Shown here: positions 1 to 8,290 of the stretch, piece after piece
Position numbering within the stretch: position 1 is the stretch's first letter
Layout: the number at the start of each line of letters is the position of its first letter
Source of the DNA: Candidatus Latescibacterota bacterium
GTDB taxonomy: Bacteria > Latescibacterota > UBA2968 > GCA-2709665
Reading direction: 5' to 3'
DNA length: 64,000 nt
NCBI GenBank assembly: GCA_965203805.1
Contig: OZ241917.1
Span: 512,001 to 576,000 of the forward strand
Translations under genes and position numbers: made by a program
Notes under the pieces: model-generated
The model's database searches: none
What the model was told of the DNA's origin: nothing
The model's input: the letters and a program-made list of their open reading frames with translations, nothing else

Positions 1-2
1 TG

Positions 3-1103
3 GTCCCCGCGGAGCCGTCGAAATGGACGCGGAACCCTTTCGGCGGCACGGTGGACGCGGGCTATGTGTGGGGACGCGGCGCGATCGATTCCAAGCTGAC
101 GACGGCCGTGGGACTGCAGGTGCTCCTGATGTGCAGGCGGCTGGGTCTTGCGCTGAAGCGCGACCTGGTTCTGGTGGCGGCCGCGGACGAGGAACTCGGG
201 GGGGTGCACGGGGTACGGTGGCTTGCGGCAAACCACCCGGACGTGTTCGACGCCGAATACGGCATCAACGAGGGCGGCGGATTCGCGCTGATGATCGACG
301 GCCGGCCGGTATATACGTGCCAGGTGGCCGAAAAGGGGAGCGCCGAGGTGAATCTGGTGGCCCGCGGACAGCCGGGGCACAGCTCCGTGCCTCACCGCGA
401 CAATGCGGTCTTCCACCTGGCCGGGGCCCTTGAGAGAATGAGCGACGGGAAGATGCCGCATCGCGTGACGGACGGGGTCCGGGCGTTCTTCGAAGGCGCA
501 GCGGCCGCGCAGGTCCGGGGCGAGGTCGCGGGCCTGCTTCTGGACGTGCTGGATCCCGAGCGCTGCGATACGGCGTTGTCAGCCTTGCCGGTTGACGAGC
601 CCACCCGGCTGATGTTCGACGCCATGGTGCGCAACACGTGCGCGCCGACCATTCTCGAGGCCGGGGTGAAGCGAAACGTGATCCCCTCCGAAGCCGTCGC
701 GCGGTTGAGCGGCAGGCCGCTGCCGGGTGTGGACGAGGCGGCATTTGACCGTGAAGTTCGCGCCCTTGCGGGCGAGGGCGTGGCATTCGAGTTGGAAAAA
801 ACCTTCAGGCCCGGCACGGAGTTCGACCATCGCACACCCCTGCTGGACGCCATCGAGGCGTCGGTCGCCCGGTTCGACCCCGACGCAGCCGTGGTCCCCT
901 ACATGCAGACGGGCGGCACGGACGCGCGGTTTCTTCGGGACCGCGATATCCACATCTACGGATTCATACCCATGCGGCACGAAGCGGGCGAGGCCTATTT
1001 CGAACTGTGCCACGGCCACGACGAACGGGTTTCCGTTGCGAATGTGCAGTTCGGGGTGCAGGTGCTGTTCGACGTCGTGTGCCGGTTAAACGGCATCGCA
1101 TAG
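3..1103 (+). CDS. M20/M25/M40 family metallo-hydrolase (peptidase M20), 5'-truncated by window edge
   Basis: Frame is open from the window start (VPAEPSKWTRNPFGG..WGRGAIDSK). M20 motifs GRGAxDxK, ADEExGG, NEGG, GHSS, GGTD and HGHDER are present. Confidence 0.9.
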   Translation, partial: VPAEPSKWTRNPFGGTVDAGYVWGRGAIDSKLTTAVGLQVLLMCRRLGLALKRDLVLVAAADEELGGVHGVRWLAANHPDVFDAEYGINEGGGFALMIDGRPVYTCQVAEKGSAEVNLVARGQPGHSSVPHRDNAVFHLAGALERMSDGKMPHRVTDGVRAFFEGAAAAQVRGEVAGLLLDVLDPERCDTALSALPVDEPTRLMFDAMVRNTCAPTILEAGVKRNVIPSEAVARLSGRPLPGVDEAAFDREVRALAGEGVAFELEKTFRPGTEFDHRTPLLDAIEASVARFDPDAAVVPYMQTGGTDARFLRDRDIHIYGFIPMRHEAGEAYFELCHGHDERVSVANVQFGVQVLFDVVCRLNGIA

Positions 1104-1127
1104 AGGGTCGTCGATTTTACGCCCGGA

Positions 1128-2024
1128 CTACCGCGCGAGTATATGCCGAAGCGCGCCCTCCAGTTGAGGGTGTTGGAAGTCATATCCCGATTCCTGGAGC
1201 CGGGCCGGCAGAACGCGGGTGCTCGAGAGCAGGAGGGCATCCGCCATTTCTCCGAAAGCCAGCCGGGCGGCGAAGGCCGGCATGGGGAAGAGCGTCGGAC
1301 GGGAGAGGACGCCCCCCAGCGCTTTGGTGAATTCCCTGTTGGTGACCGGCGCCGGCGACACCGCGTTGACGGGCCCCTCGATCGCATCCGTATCGAGCGC
1401 ATGGTCGACGATTCCCACGAGATCGCTCAGCGTGATCCAGCTCATATACTGATTCCCGCTGCCGATCACGCCGCCTGCGCCCATTTTGAACGGGAACAGC
1501 ATTTTGGCCAGCGCGCCGCCGTCGGCGCTGAGCACAATTCCGATGCGCAGGTACACCGTACGGACGCCCGCGTCCGTCGCGGGTCTCGCGGCCTGCTCCC
1601 AGTCGAGGCACGTCTCCGCCAGGAAGTCGGCGCCCGGCGCACTCTCCTCGTCGAGGATCTCATCGCCGCGGTTGCCGTAGTAACCGACGGCAGATGCGCA
1701 GATCAGTACGCCTGGGGGCGTCTGAAGCTCCGCAAGGCCTTGCGCCAGAAGCCGTGTGCCATCTTCCCGACTGCTCCGGATTCTGTCTTTCTTTGCGTCG
1801 TTCCACCGGCCCGTGGCGATGTTTTCGCCCGCCAGGTGAACGACGGCCTGGACGCCTTCAAGGTCGGCGGCGTCGAGTTCTCCCGTTTCCGGATCCCAAC
1901 GGTGCTCCGTGTCGTTTTGCGGGCTCCGGCGAACCAGCCGGACGACGCGGTGGCCGCCGGCTTCCAGGTTGGGAATGAGTGCTGAGCCAACGAGCCCGGA
2001 CGAACCCGTTACGAGTACTGTCAT
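1128..2024 (-). CDS. TIGR01777/YfcH-type NAD-dependent epimerase-family oxidoreductase
   Basis: N-terminal TGSSGLVG Rossmann motif, VHLAGENI, ASAVGYYG and SWIxxxD; 298 aa; RBS AGGAGG upstream. Confidence 0.9.
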   Translation of the reverse strand: MTVLVTGSSGLVGSALIPNLEAGGHRVVRLVRRSPQNDTEHRWDPETGELDAADLEGVQAVVHLAGENIATGRWNDAKKDRIRSSREDGTRLLAQGLAELQTPPGVLICASAVGYYGNRGDEILDEESAPGADFLAETCLDWEQAARPATDAGVRTVYLRIGIVLSADGGALAKMLFPFKMGAGGVIGSGNQYMSWITLSDLVGIVDHALDTDAIEGPVNAVSPAPVTNREFTKALGGVLSRPTLFPMPAFAARLAFGEMADALLLSSTRVLPARLQESGYDFQHPQLEGALRHILAR

Positions 2025-2048
2025 GGGATGCCTCCTGGTCTCTTACAG

Positions 2049-2471
2049 TTACAGTCGATAAAGCATAACATAGATGAACACGCCGCTGATGCACACGAAC
2101 ATCCAGACCGGCCACACCCACCGGGCGAGGCGCCGGTGGACCGCGAACCTGCCGCGCACGGCCAGCCACACAACCGCCAGGACAAACGGCGCGTTCAGAG
2201 CCGCCAGGACAACATGCGGAATCAGGATGGCGAAATAGATGCCGCGGGTCCAGTCGTGGTGCGGATAGGGCACCGAACCGACCTGGATGTGATAGACAAG
2301 GTACGACGTCAGAAACAGCCCCGAGCAGACCAGGGCGAAGAGCATCATCCGCCGGTGTTGCCGGACGTTGCCACGCCGGATCCGCAGGTAACCCAGCAGC
2401 AGAAAGCACGCGCCGACCGTATTGAATATCGCATTGAGAGTTGGCAGATCCTCTACGGCCATCCGGACCAC
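2049..2471 (-). CDS. DUF420 family membrane protein
   Basis: LPxLNAxxN, HRRxM, FLxSYLxYH, ILIxH and HRRLAR..WMFV..SG motifs with four hydrophobic segments. Start may be the ATG at 2462. Confidence 0.85.
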   Translation of the reverse strand: MVRMAVEDLPTLNAIFNTVGACFLLLGYLRIRRGNVRQHRRMMLFALVCSGLFLTSYLVYHIQVGSVPYPHHDWTRGIYFAILIPHVVLAALNAPFVLAVVWLAVRGRFAVHRRLARWVWPVWMFVCISGVFIYVMLYRL

Positions 2472-2771
2472 TTAATTCGGGATGCACAACGGAGTTGAGG
2501 TTCTGTTCCTATTCCAGGCAACCGGTTATCGGGACTGGGGAGGAAGTGTACTCATTTTTGCCGTTTCTGGCAACCCGGCGGATGCCCGCATCCGGAGACG
2601 CGGCGGTTACGGCCCCAATGTGCGCTGGCGGTTCGGGCGGATCGCCTTCCGGGGCCGGCGGGAAGGCATCGGGGCGAATGGAGACGCCAGGGGCGGGATC
2701 CTGGAATCGACGGGGTCTCCATGAAACGTCGCGGCGCCCGAATCCGGCGATGAGCGGATCGCCATTGCGGG

Positions 2772-2800
2772 TTGACACAGGGCCGGAATTCGTTTATTTT
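2772..2800 (+). promoter_or_regulatory. sigma70-type promoter for the 67-aa ORF
   Basis: TTGACA-17nt-TATTTT. Confidence 0.55.
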
Positions 2801-2849
2801 CGGTTCATTCGATCAGAATTAAGCCTGTTTAAAACAGGAGGATAGCGGA

Positions 2850-3053
2850 ATGTCTGCAACGGGCGGCCTGTGGATGACACCCGGAGAAATCGAGCAGTCC
2901 CTGGGGCGCCGGAAATCCAGAGAAGTGTTTGAAGACCTGATTTACGACCGGCGCAAGCGGCGTGAGATTCTGGACCTCCTGATCGAGGCCACGGGCTGCA
3001 ACGAGTTTTCGGCGGAGGATTTCCTGAGGGAAATCGTCAAAACGCGCCAGTGA
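2850..3053 (+). CDS. small hypothetical protein (67 aa)
   Basis: Strong RBS AGGAGG before the ATG, its own promoter and a protein-like helical sequence. Confidence 0.65.
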   Translation: MSATGGLWMTPGEIEQSLGRRKSREVFEDLIYDRRKRREILDLLIEATGCNEFSAEDFLREIVKTRQ

Positions 3054-3282
3054 TGCCCGTTCGATACCCGAGCCGGCCGGAAGACGCCATTTCATGAAAC
3101 GAACGGACGGCTTGCCATAGCAGTCCGTAGAAAAAGTCGCTCTGCAGGCGAGGCCGAGTCATTGTGGCCGAAGACAAGGCGCGCGACCGACGCGAATCCC
3201 TGGATTCGGGGAGGGAGCGCAACGCCGTATTTCGGCCACAAGGGCCGGACGCAGACCGGATGGTCTTTTTCAACGGGCTGAT

Positions 3283-3316
3283 AGGCGGGAATTGAATTTT
3301 CGCCTTTTTTCTTTTT
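3283..3316 (+). terminator. intrinsic terminator upstream of nadB
   Basis: AGGCGGGAAT-TGA-ATTTTCGCCT stem (with G-U pairs) followed by TTTTTCTTTTT. Confidence 0.6.
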
Positions 3317-3394
3317 GCGTATCGAGTCCCTGGATTGTGATTTCTTGCGGTCCGTTTCAGACCGTTTTGAATGTTTCGGAAGGGAATAGCGACC

Positions 3395-5050
3395 GTGCCC
3401 GACGTCATGGAATCCGACTATCTGGTCATTGGCAGCGGTATCGCCGGTCTGTCTTTCGCATTGCGGGCGGCGGAGTCCGCCTCCGTTGCCGTGATCACGA
3501 AGAAGGAGTCCCAGGAGTCGAACACCAATTACGCCCAGGGCGGCATTGCCGCCGTCTTCGATTCGGACGATTCCTTCGCGATCCATGCTCAGGATACGCT
3601 CGTTGCCGGGGCCGGGCTCTGCCGCAGGGACGCGGTGGAGCTCGTGGTTGGGCAGGGTCCCCGGATGGTCAGGGAACTGATGGCCTGGGGCGCCGCGTTT
3701 ACGACGAAGCAGGACGGCCGCCGCCTGTCGCTCGGACGGGAGGGAGGGCACACCAGGCACCGCATCGTCCACGCCGACGACCTGACTGGCAGGGAAATCG
3801 AGAGAGCGCTCACGGACGCGGTAGACGCCCATCCCAACATCACGCGTTTCGAACACCATATGGCGGTCGATCTGATTACGGAACACCATCTCATCGGCGC
3901 GACGACGGAACCGCGGGGGCGGATTCACTGCTGGGGCGCTTACGTCCTTGATTCGGCGGCAGGCCGGGTCAGGCGGTTTCTGGCGCGGGTCACGCTCCTG
4001 TGTTCCGGGGGCGCCGGACAGATCTACACGCACACCACCAATCCGGGCATCGCAACCGGCGACGGGATCGCCATGGCGTACAGGGCCGGCGCGCCGGTCG
4101 CGAATCTCGAATTCATGCAGTTCCACCCCACCACACTCTACCATCCTGAGGGTGACTCGTTCCTGATTTCCGAGGCGGTGCGCGGTCACGGGGGCGTGCT
4201 GGTTGACCGGAACGGTCGTTCCTTCATGGATGGATGTCACGAGATGGGCGCGCTCGCGCCGCGCGACATCGTCGCCAGAGCGATCGACAACGAATTGAAG
4301 AAAAGCGGCGCTCCCTGCGTGTATCTCGACGTCACCCACGTGCCCGCCGCCGAGATTCAGGAGCGTTTTCCCAACATCCACCGGCGGTGTTTCGCGCTCA
4401 ATATCGATATCACCCGGCATCCCATTCCGGTTGTGCCAGCGGCCCATTACATGTGTGGAGGCGTGTCGACGGACCTGTGGGGTCGTACGGAGATCGAAGG
4501 GCTCTATGCCTCCGGAGAGGTGGCGCACACGGGCCTGCATGGGGCCAATCGCCTCGCCAGCAACTCCCTTCTCGAGGCGCTGGTGTTTTCGGACCGCGCC
4601 CATCGGCACGCGTCCCGTCGCCTGGACAGAGCAACCGGCTTTCCCGATGTGCCGGACTGGCGGGAAGACGACGTGTTCAACGCCGAGGAATGGGTGCTGC
4701 TGGCGCACGACCGATTGGAGGTCCGGCGGTTGATGTGGGACTACGTCGGCATCGTGCGTTCCGATTTCAGGCTCAAACGGGCGGCGAGGCGTATCGGCGT
4801 CATTGCTGGGGAGGTGGAGGACTTTTACAAGCGGACCAAGGTAACGGAAGGTCTTCTTGAGTTGAGAAACATCACGACGGTGGCCGCGCTCGCGGTGCGT
4901 TGTGCGCTGAAGCGGCGCGAGAGCCGGGGGCTGCATTACAACGTGGACTGCCCCGCGGACGGCTCGGCGCCCCCGGAGGATACGATCCTCTCCGCCCGGG
5001 AGTCATGGCAGGCGTCCGAAATCGACTGGCAGGCGGCCATGAATATCTAA
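3395..5050 (+). CDS. nadB: L-aspartate oxidase
   Basis: GSGIAGL FAD motif, SNTNYAQGGIA, REGGH..RI.H, EFMQFHPT, ISEAVRG, HYMCGG, TGLHGANRLASNSLLE and RRESRGLHY. Confidence 0.95.
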   Translation: MPDVMESDYLVIGSGIAGLSFALRAAESASVAVITKKESQESNTNYAQGGIAAVFDSDDSFAIHAQDTLVAGAGLCRRDAVELVVGQGPRMVRELMAWGAAFTTKQDGRRLSLGREGGHTRHRIVHADDLTGREIERALTDAVDAHPNITRFEHHMAVDLITEHHLIGATTEPRGRIHCWGAYVLDSAAGRVRRFLARVTLLCSGGAGQIYTHTTNPGIATGDGIAMAYRAGAPVANLEFMQFHPTTLYHPEGDSFLISEAVRGHGGVLVDRNGRSFMDGCHEMGALAPRDIVARAIDNELKKSGAPCVYLDVTHVPAAEIQERFPNIHRRCFALNIDITRHPIPVVPAAHYMCGGVSTDLWGRTEIEGLYASGEVAHTGLHGANRLASNSLLEALVFSDRAHRHASRRLDRATGFPDVPDWREDDVFNAEEWVLLAHDRLEVRRLMWDYVGIVRSDFRLKRAARRIGVIAGEVEDFYKRTKVTEGLLELRNITTVAALAVRCALKRRESRGLHYNVDCPADGSAPPEDTILSARESWQASEIDWQAAMNI

Positions 5051-5071
5051 GGCCGCCCTCAGGGAGTGTGT

Positions 5072-6871
5072 ATGCAACACGGCATCGCCGTTCTGGATTT
5101 CGGCGGGCAATACGCCCATCTGATCGCCAATCGCATCCGCCGGCTTCAGGTCTATTCGGAAGTCTTCCGACCCGACGTGGACGTTTCCGCGGTCGACGGG
5201 TTCACGGGCCTGATCCTGTCGGGGGGCCCCGCAAGCGTATACGACCCGGATCAGCCGGCGTTCAATTCCGCGCACCTGAATTCCGGGCTGCCCGTCCTCG
5301 GGCTCTGTTACGGCCACCAGCTGGTCTGTCAGGAACTGGGCGGCGAGGTTGCCCGCGGAAAGATCCGCGAGTACGGTTCCGCGGAACTGCACATTCGGTC
5401 AAGCACCGGCCTGTTCGCGGGCATGGAGCCGTCCCAGGTAGTGTGGATGAGCCACGGAGATGCGGCCAGCCGTCTGCCCGAGGGATTCGAGGTGCTGGGT
5501 TCCACGGACGACTGCGCAACGGCCGCTGTCGGCGATGTTCGGCGCAACTTGTTCGGACTGCAGTTTCACCCTGAGGTTGCGCACACGGACCGGGGGATGG
5601 ATATCCTGAACAATTTCCTGGATATCTGCGCCGCGCCGCGGACCTGGACCATGGCAGGCTACGCGGAAACGGCGATGGAAGAGATTCGGGAGCAGGTGGG
5701 GCGAAAACGCGTGTTTCTGCTGGTTTCGGGCGGTGTGGACTCGAGTGTGGCATTCGCGTTGTTCAACCGGGCGCTCGGTCCGAAGCGGGTGCTGGGCCTG
5801 CATATCAACAACGGGTTCATGAGGAAAGAAGAGTCCGCCCGCGTGGCCTCCGCGCTGCGGGATGAGGGATTCGAGAACCTGATTGTGGAGGACGCTACGG
5901 AGGATTTTCTGCTCAGTGTGGAGGGGATCGTGGAGCCGGAACAGAAACGCCAGGCCGTTGGCCGGGCCTTCCTCGACGTCAAGGACCGCGTGCTCGACCG
6001 GATGAACCTGGATCCGGATGGCTGGCTGCTGGGGCAGGGAACGCTCTATCCGGATACGATCGAGTCAGGGGGTACGGAACATTCAGCGGTGATTAAAACG
6101 CACCACAACCGGGTGGACGTGGTGGAGGAACTGATCGCCCGCGGACTGGTCATCGAGCCGCTGGCGCATCTGTACAAAGACGAGGTACGCGAACTCGGGG
6201 TCGCCCTGGGCCTTCCGCCGCACCTGGTCTGGCGCCAGCCGTTTCCCGGTCCCGGACTGTCTGTGCGCTGCCTCTGCTCCACGGGCGACAGCGCCGGAGC
6301 GCCGAACGCCGGCATCGAGGAAGCCGCCCGCGAACTCGCGGTCCGCGCCGGGTTCGGGCTTCGCGTCCTCCCGCTCCGGAGCGTGGGCGTCCAGGGAGAT
6401 TTCCGTACCTATGCGCACCCGGCGGTCGTCTGGGGAGAAGCGGATTGGGGGACATTGGAGGAGGTATCCACCCGCATCACGAATTCCATCCAGGAGATCA
6501 ACCGGGTGGTCTATCTGCTTGCGCCATCGTCGCTTCCCGAACTGAAGCTGAAACGGGCTTTCCTGACGAAGACCCGCCTGGATCTGCTCAGAAGCGTGGA
6601 TGCGCTCGCGATGGGCGCGCTCGAGCGCGAAGGCCTGTCGAAAACGGTGTCGCAGATGCCCACCGTCCTGCTGCCGTTGACGTCCGACGGCATCGCGGAA
6701 ACCGTGGTCTTGAGACCCGTGGAGACGCCTGATTTTATGACGGCGCGATTCTGCGCGCTGCCGTTCGATTTTGCCCGGAAACTCGCGTGCGAGATTCTGT
6801 CTGAAGAGGGTATCGAGGCGGTATTCTACGATGTGACGCACAAACCCCCGGGTACGGTCGAGTGGGAGTAG
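5072..6871 (+). CDS. guaA: GMP synthase (glutamine-hydrolysing), long form
   Basis: LDFGGQY, LGLCYGHQ, QFHPEV, SGGVDS, QGTLYPDxIES, IKTHHN, PFPGPGL and KPPGTVEWE. Confidence 0.95.
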   Translation: MQHGIAVLDFGGQYAHLIANRIRRLQVYSEVFRPDVDVSAVDGFTGLILSGGPASVYDPDQPAFNSAHLNSGLPVLGLCYGHQLVCQELGGEVARGKIREYGSAELHIRSSTGLFAGMEPSQVVWMSHGDAASRLPEGFEVLGSTDDCATAAVGDVRRNLFGLQFHPEVAHTDRGMDILNNFLDICAAPRTWTMAGYAETAMEEIREQVGRKRVFLLVSGGVDSSVAFALFNRALGPKRVLGLHINNGFMRKEESARVASALRDEGFENLIVEDATEDFLLSVEGIVEPEQKRQAVGRAFLDVKDRVLDRMNLDPDGWLLGQGTLYPDTIESGGTEHSAVIKTHHNRVDVVEELIARGLVIEPLAHLYKDEVRELGVALGLPPHLVWRQPFPGPGLSVRCLCSTGDSAGAPNAGIEEAARELAVRAGFGLRVLPLRSVGVQGDFRTYAHPAVVWGEADWGTLEEVSTRITNSIQEINRVVYLLAPSSLPELKLKRAFLTKTRLDLLRSVDALAMGALEREGLSKTVSQMPTVLLPLTSDGIAETVVLRPVETPDFMTARFCALPFDFARKLACEILSEEGIEAVFYDVTHKPPGTVEWE

Positions 6872-6974
6872 AAACGGAGTCCCTCGGCGACGGTTCCCGG
6901 CCGATGAATCCATCTGACGCCGCGTCCAGGTCTGTCGCCTGGCGGAAGTTCAACCTGATCTGGAGGAGAAAACC

Positions 6975-7412
6975 ATGCACGAGGTGAATTATCTCGCCGT
7001 TGTGATTGCCGGTATTGTCCCGATGGTTGTCGGCGCCGTCTGGTACGGACCCTTGTTCGGGAAGCGCTGGCTCGGATACATGCAGACCACCGAAGAGGAG
7101 ATACGCAAGGACTTCAACCCCCTGAAGACCTACGGCGCGAGTTTTGTGCTCGCGTTGCTTACCGCGTTCATTCTGGCGCAACTGATCGCCGGAATGGGTG
7201 GCACGCAGAACGTCTCTACGATACAGGGAAGCGGGGGCGACGCGATGGCCGGGCTGCACCTGGGGTTGATGGCGCTGATCGCCTTCGTGCTGCCGGTCGC
7301 CTACCAGTCGGTGGCCTTCGAGGGGCGGAAGGCGGGTCTGTTCTGGCTCAGCCTGGGGTACAACGGGGTGGCGCTGATAGGACAGGGCCTGGTGATTGCG
7401 CTCTGGCGTTGA
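6975..7412 (+). CDS. DUF1761 family membrane protein
   Basis: NYLAV..A......GAxWYGPLFGKRW signature with four TM segments; RBS GGAGGAG. Confidence 0.8.
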   Translation: MHEVNYLAVVIAGIVPMVVGAVWYGPLFGKRWLGYMQTTEEEIRKDFNPLKTYGASFVLALLTAFILAQLIAGMGGTQNVSTIQGSGGDAMAGLHLGLMALIAFVLPVAYQSVAFEGRKAGLFWLSLGYNGVALIGQGLVIALWR

Positions 7413-7456
7413 CGCGCCCGGCGTGAGCGCGCCATTCCGGACGTCCCACCAAACGG

Positions 7457-8146
7457 TCAGTCGGAGGCGACGGCCGTTTTTTCGTCCAGTGCCAGGCCGT
7501 CCAGTGTATAGCGATCGACGGGGACGGACTGCTGTACAAGCCGGTGGCGGGCGGCGAAAGCGGCCTTGACCCGTGAACCGAGCAGGACACAGATGACGAA
7601 GACGGCCCCGCCGGCGAGCGTGAGATGGGTGAGATTCAGAAGGTTGCCGATCAGGACGAAGAGCAGGTACCGGGGAAATCGACCGAGGAACACGGCGACC
7701 ACGTATCGATGGAGCGGATAGCCGCTGGCGGGACTGAGGATCCGGAAAATGTAGAATGGGATGAACGGCACCAGCGCCGCGAACCAGATCGCAAAGAAGG
7801 GCGCTTTCATGAAATAATACACCGCGCCCTTGTAGACGTCGCTCTCGCGCGTCCGCCGGATCCTGGCGTTGCGATAGGCGAAGGTAACGGCCCGGTAGTC
7901 CACGAAGCAGGCAATCATCGTACCGGCGACGGCGGCAAGAGCAGCCGTCGCGGGATGATAAGACCGGCCGAAATAAACCAGCGCGGGTTCGTGGGGGAAC
8001 GGAATGAACGAGTTGGAGGGAATGCTGTAGAAGAAAAGAAGCGAAAGGTCGCGATAGTCCGGCAACAGGAGCCCCGCAACGCCCGCTGCTGAAAACACAC
8101 CGACCGCCGCGCAGAGAAACCGTTTCCAGCCTTTGCGCATCTCCAT
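7457..8146 (-). CDS. DedA/VTT (SNARE-associated Golgi) family membrane protein
   Basis: PFPHEP motif, GT..A..VDY, P.IPF and GRFPRY; hydrophobic. Confidence 0.7.
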   Translation of the reverse strand: MEMRKGWKRFLCAAVGVFSAAGVAGLLLPDYRDLSLLFFYSIPSNSFIPFPHEPALVYFGRSYHPATAALAAVAGTMIACFVDYRAVTFAYRNARIRRTRESDVYKGAVYYFMKAPFFAIWFAALVPFIPFYIFRILSPASGYPLHRYVVAVFLGRFPRYLLFVLIGNLLNLTHLTLAGGAVFVICVLLGSRVKAAFAARHRLVQQSVPVDRYTLDGLALDEKTAVASD

Positions 8147-8187
8147 AAACGGCAAACCCTTGTTTCGGTGGGAGGTTATTTCGCGAA

Positions 8188-8232
8188 AATATAAGCGAAA
8201 CTTTTAATTTTGTCAACTCATTTTCAGTTGAC
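8188..8232 (-). promoter_or_regulatory. sigma70 promoter of the DedA gene with overlapping inverted repeat
   Basis: Minus strand TTGACA-17nt-TATATT (8216-8188). GTCAACT-N7-AGTTGAC inverted repeat at 8212-8232 overlaps the -35 box. Confidence 0.55.
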
Positions 8233-8290
8233 GTTCTGGATTTCGCCCGCATGCAGTTTTTGCAGTGGTTCCCTGCGGCGAATAGATTGG

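Noticed and set aside
3092-4936. 614-aa antisense ORF, and similar long shadow ORFs (6735-8324, 8624-9889, 14565-15764, 34562-36373, 36595-37956, 37578-38897, 54222-55550)
   Set aside because: They overlap well-supported genes, have Arg/Pro/His-rich non-protein-like composition, and are expected in high-GC DNA.
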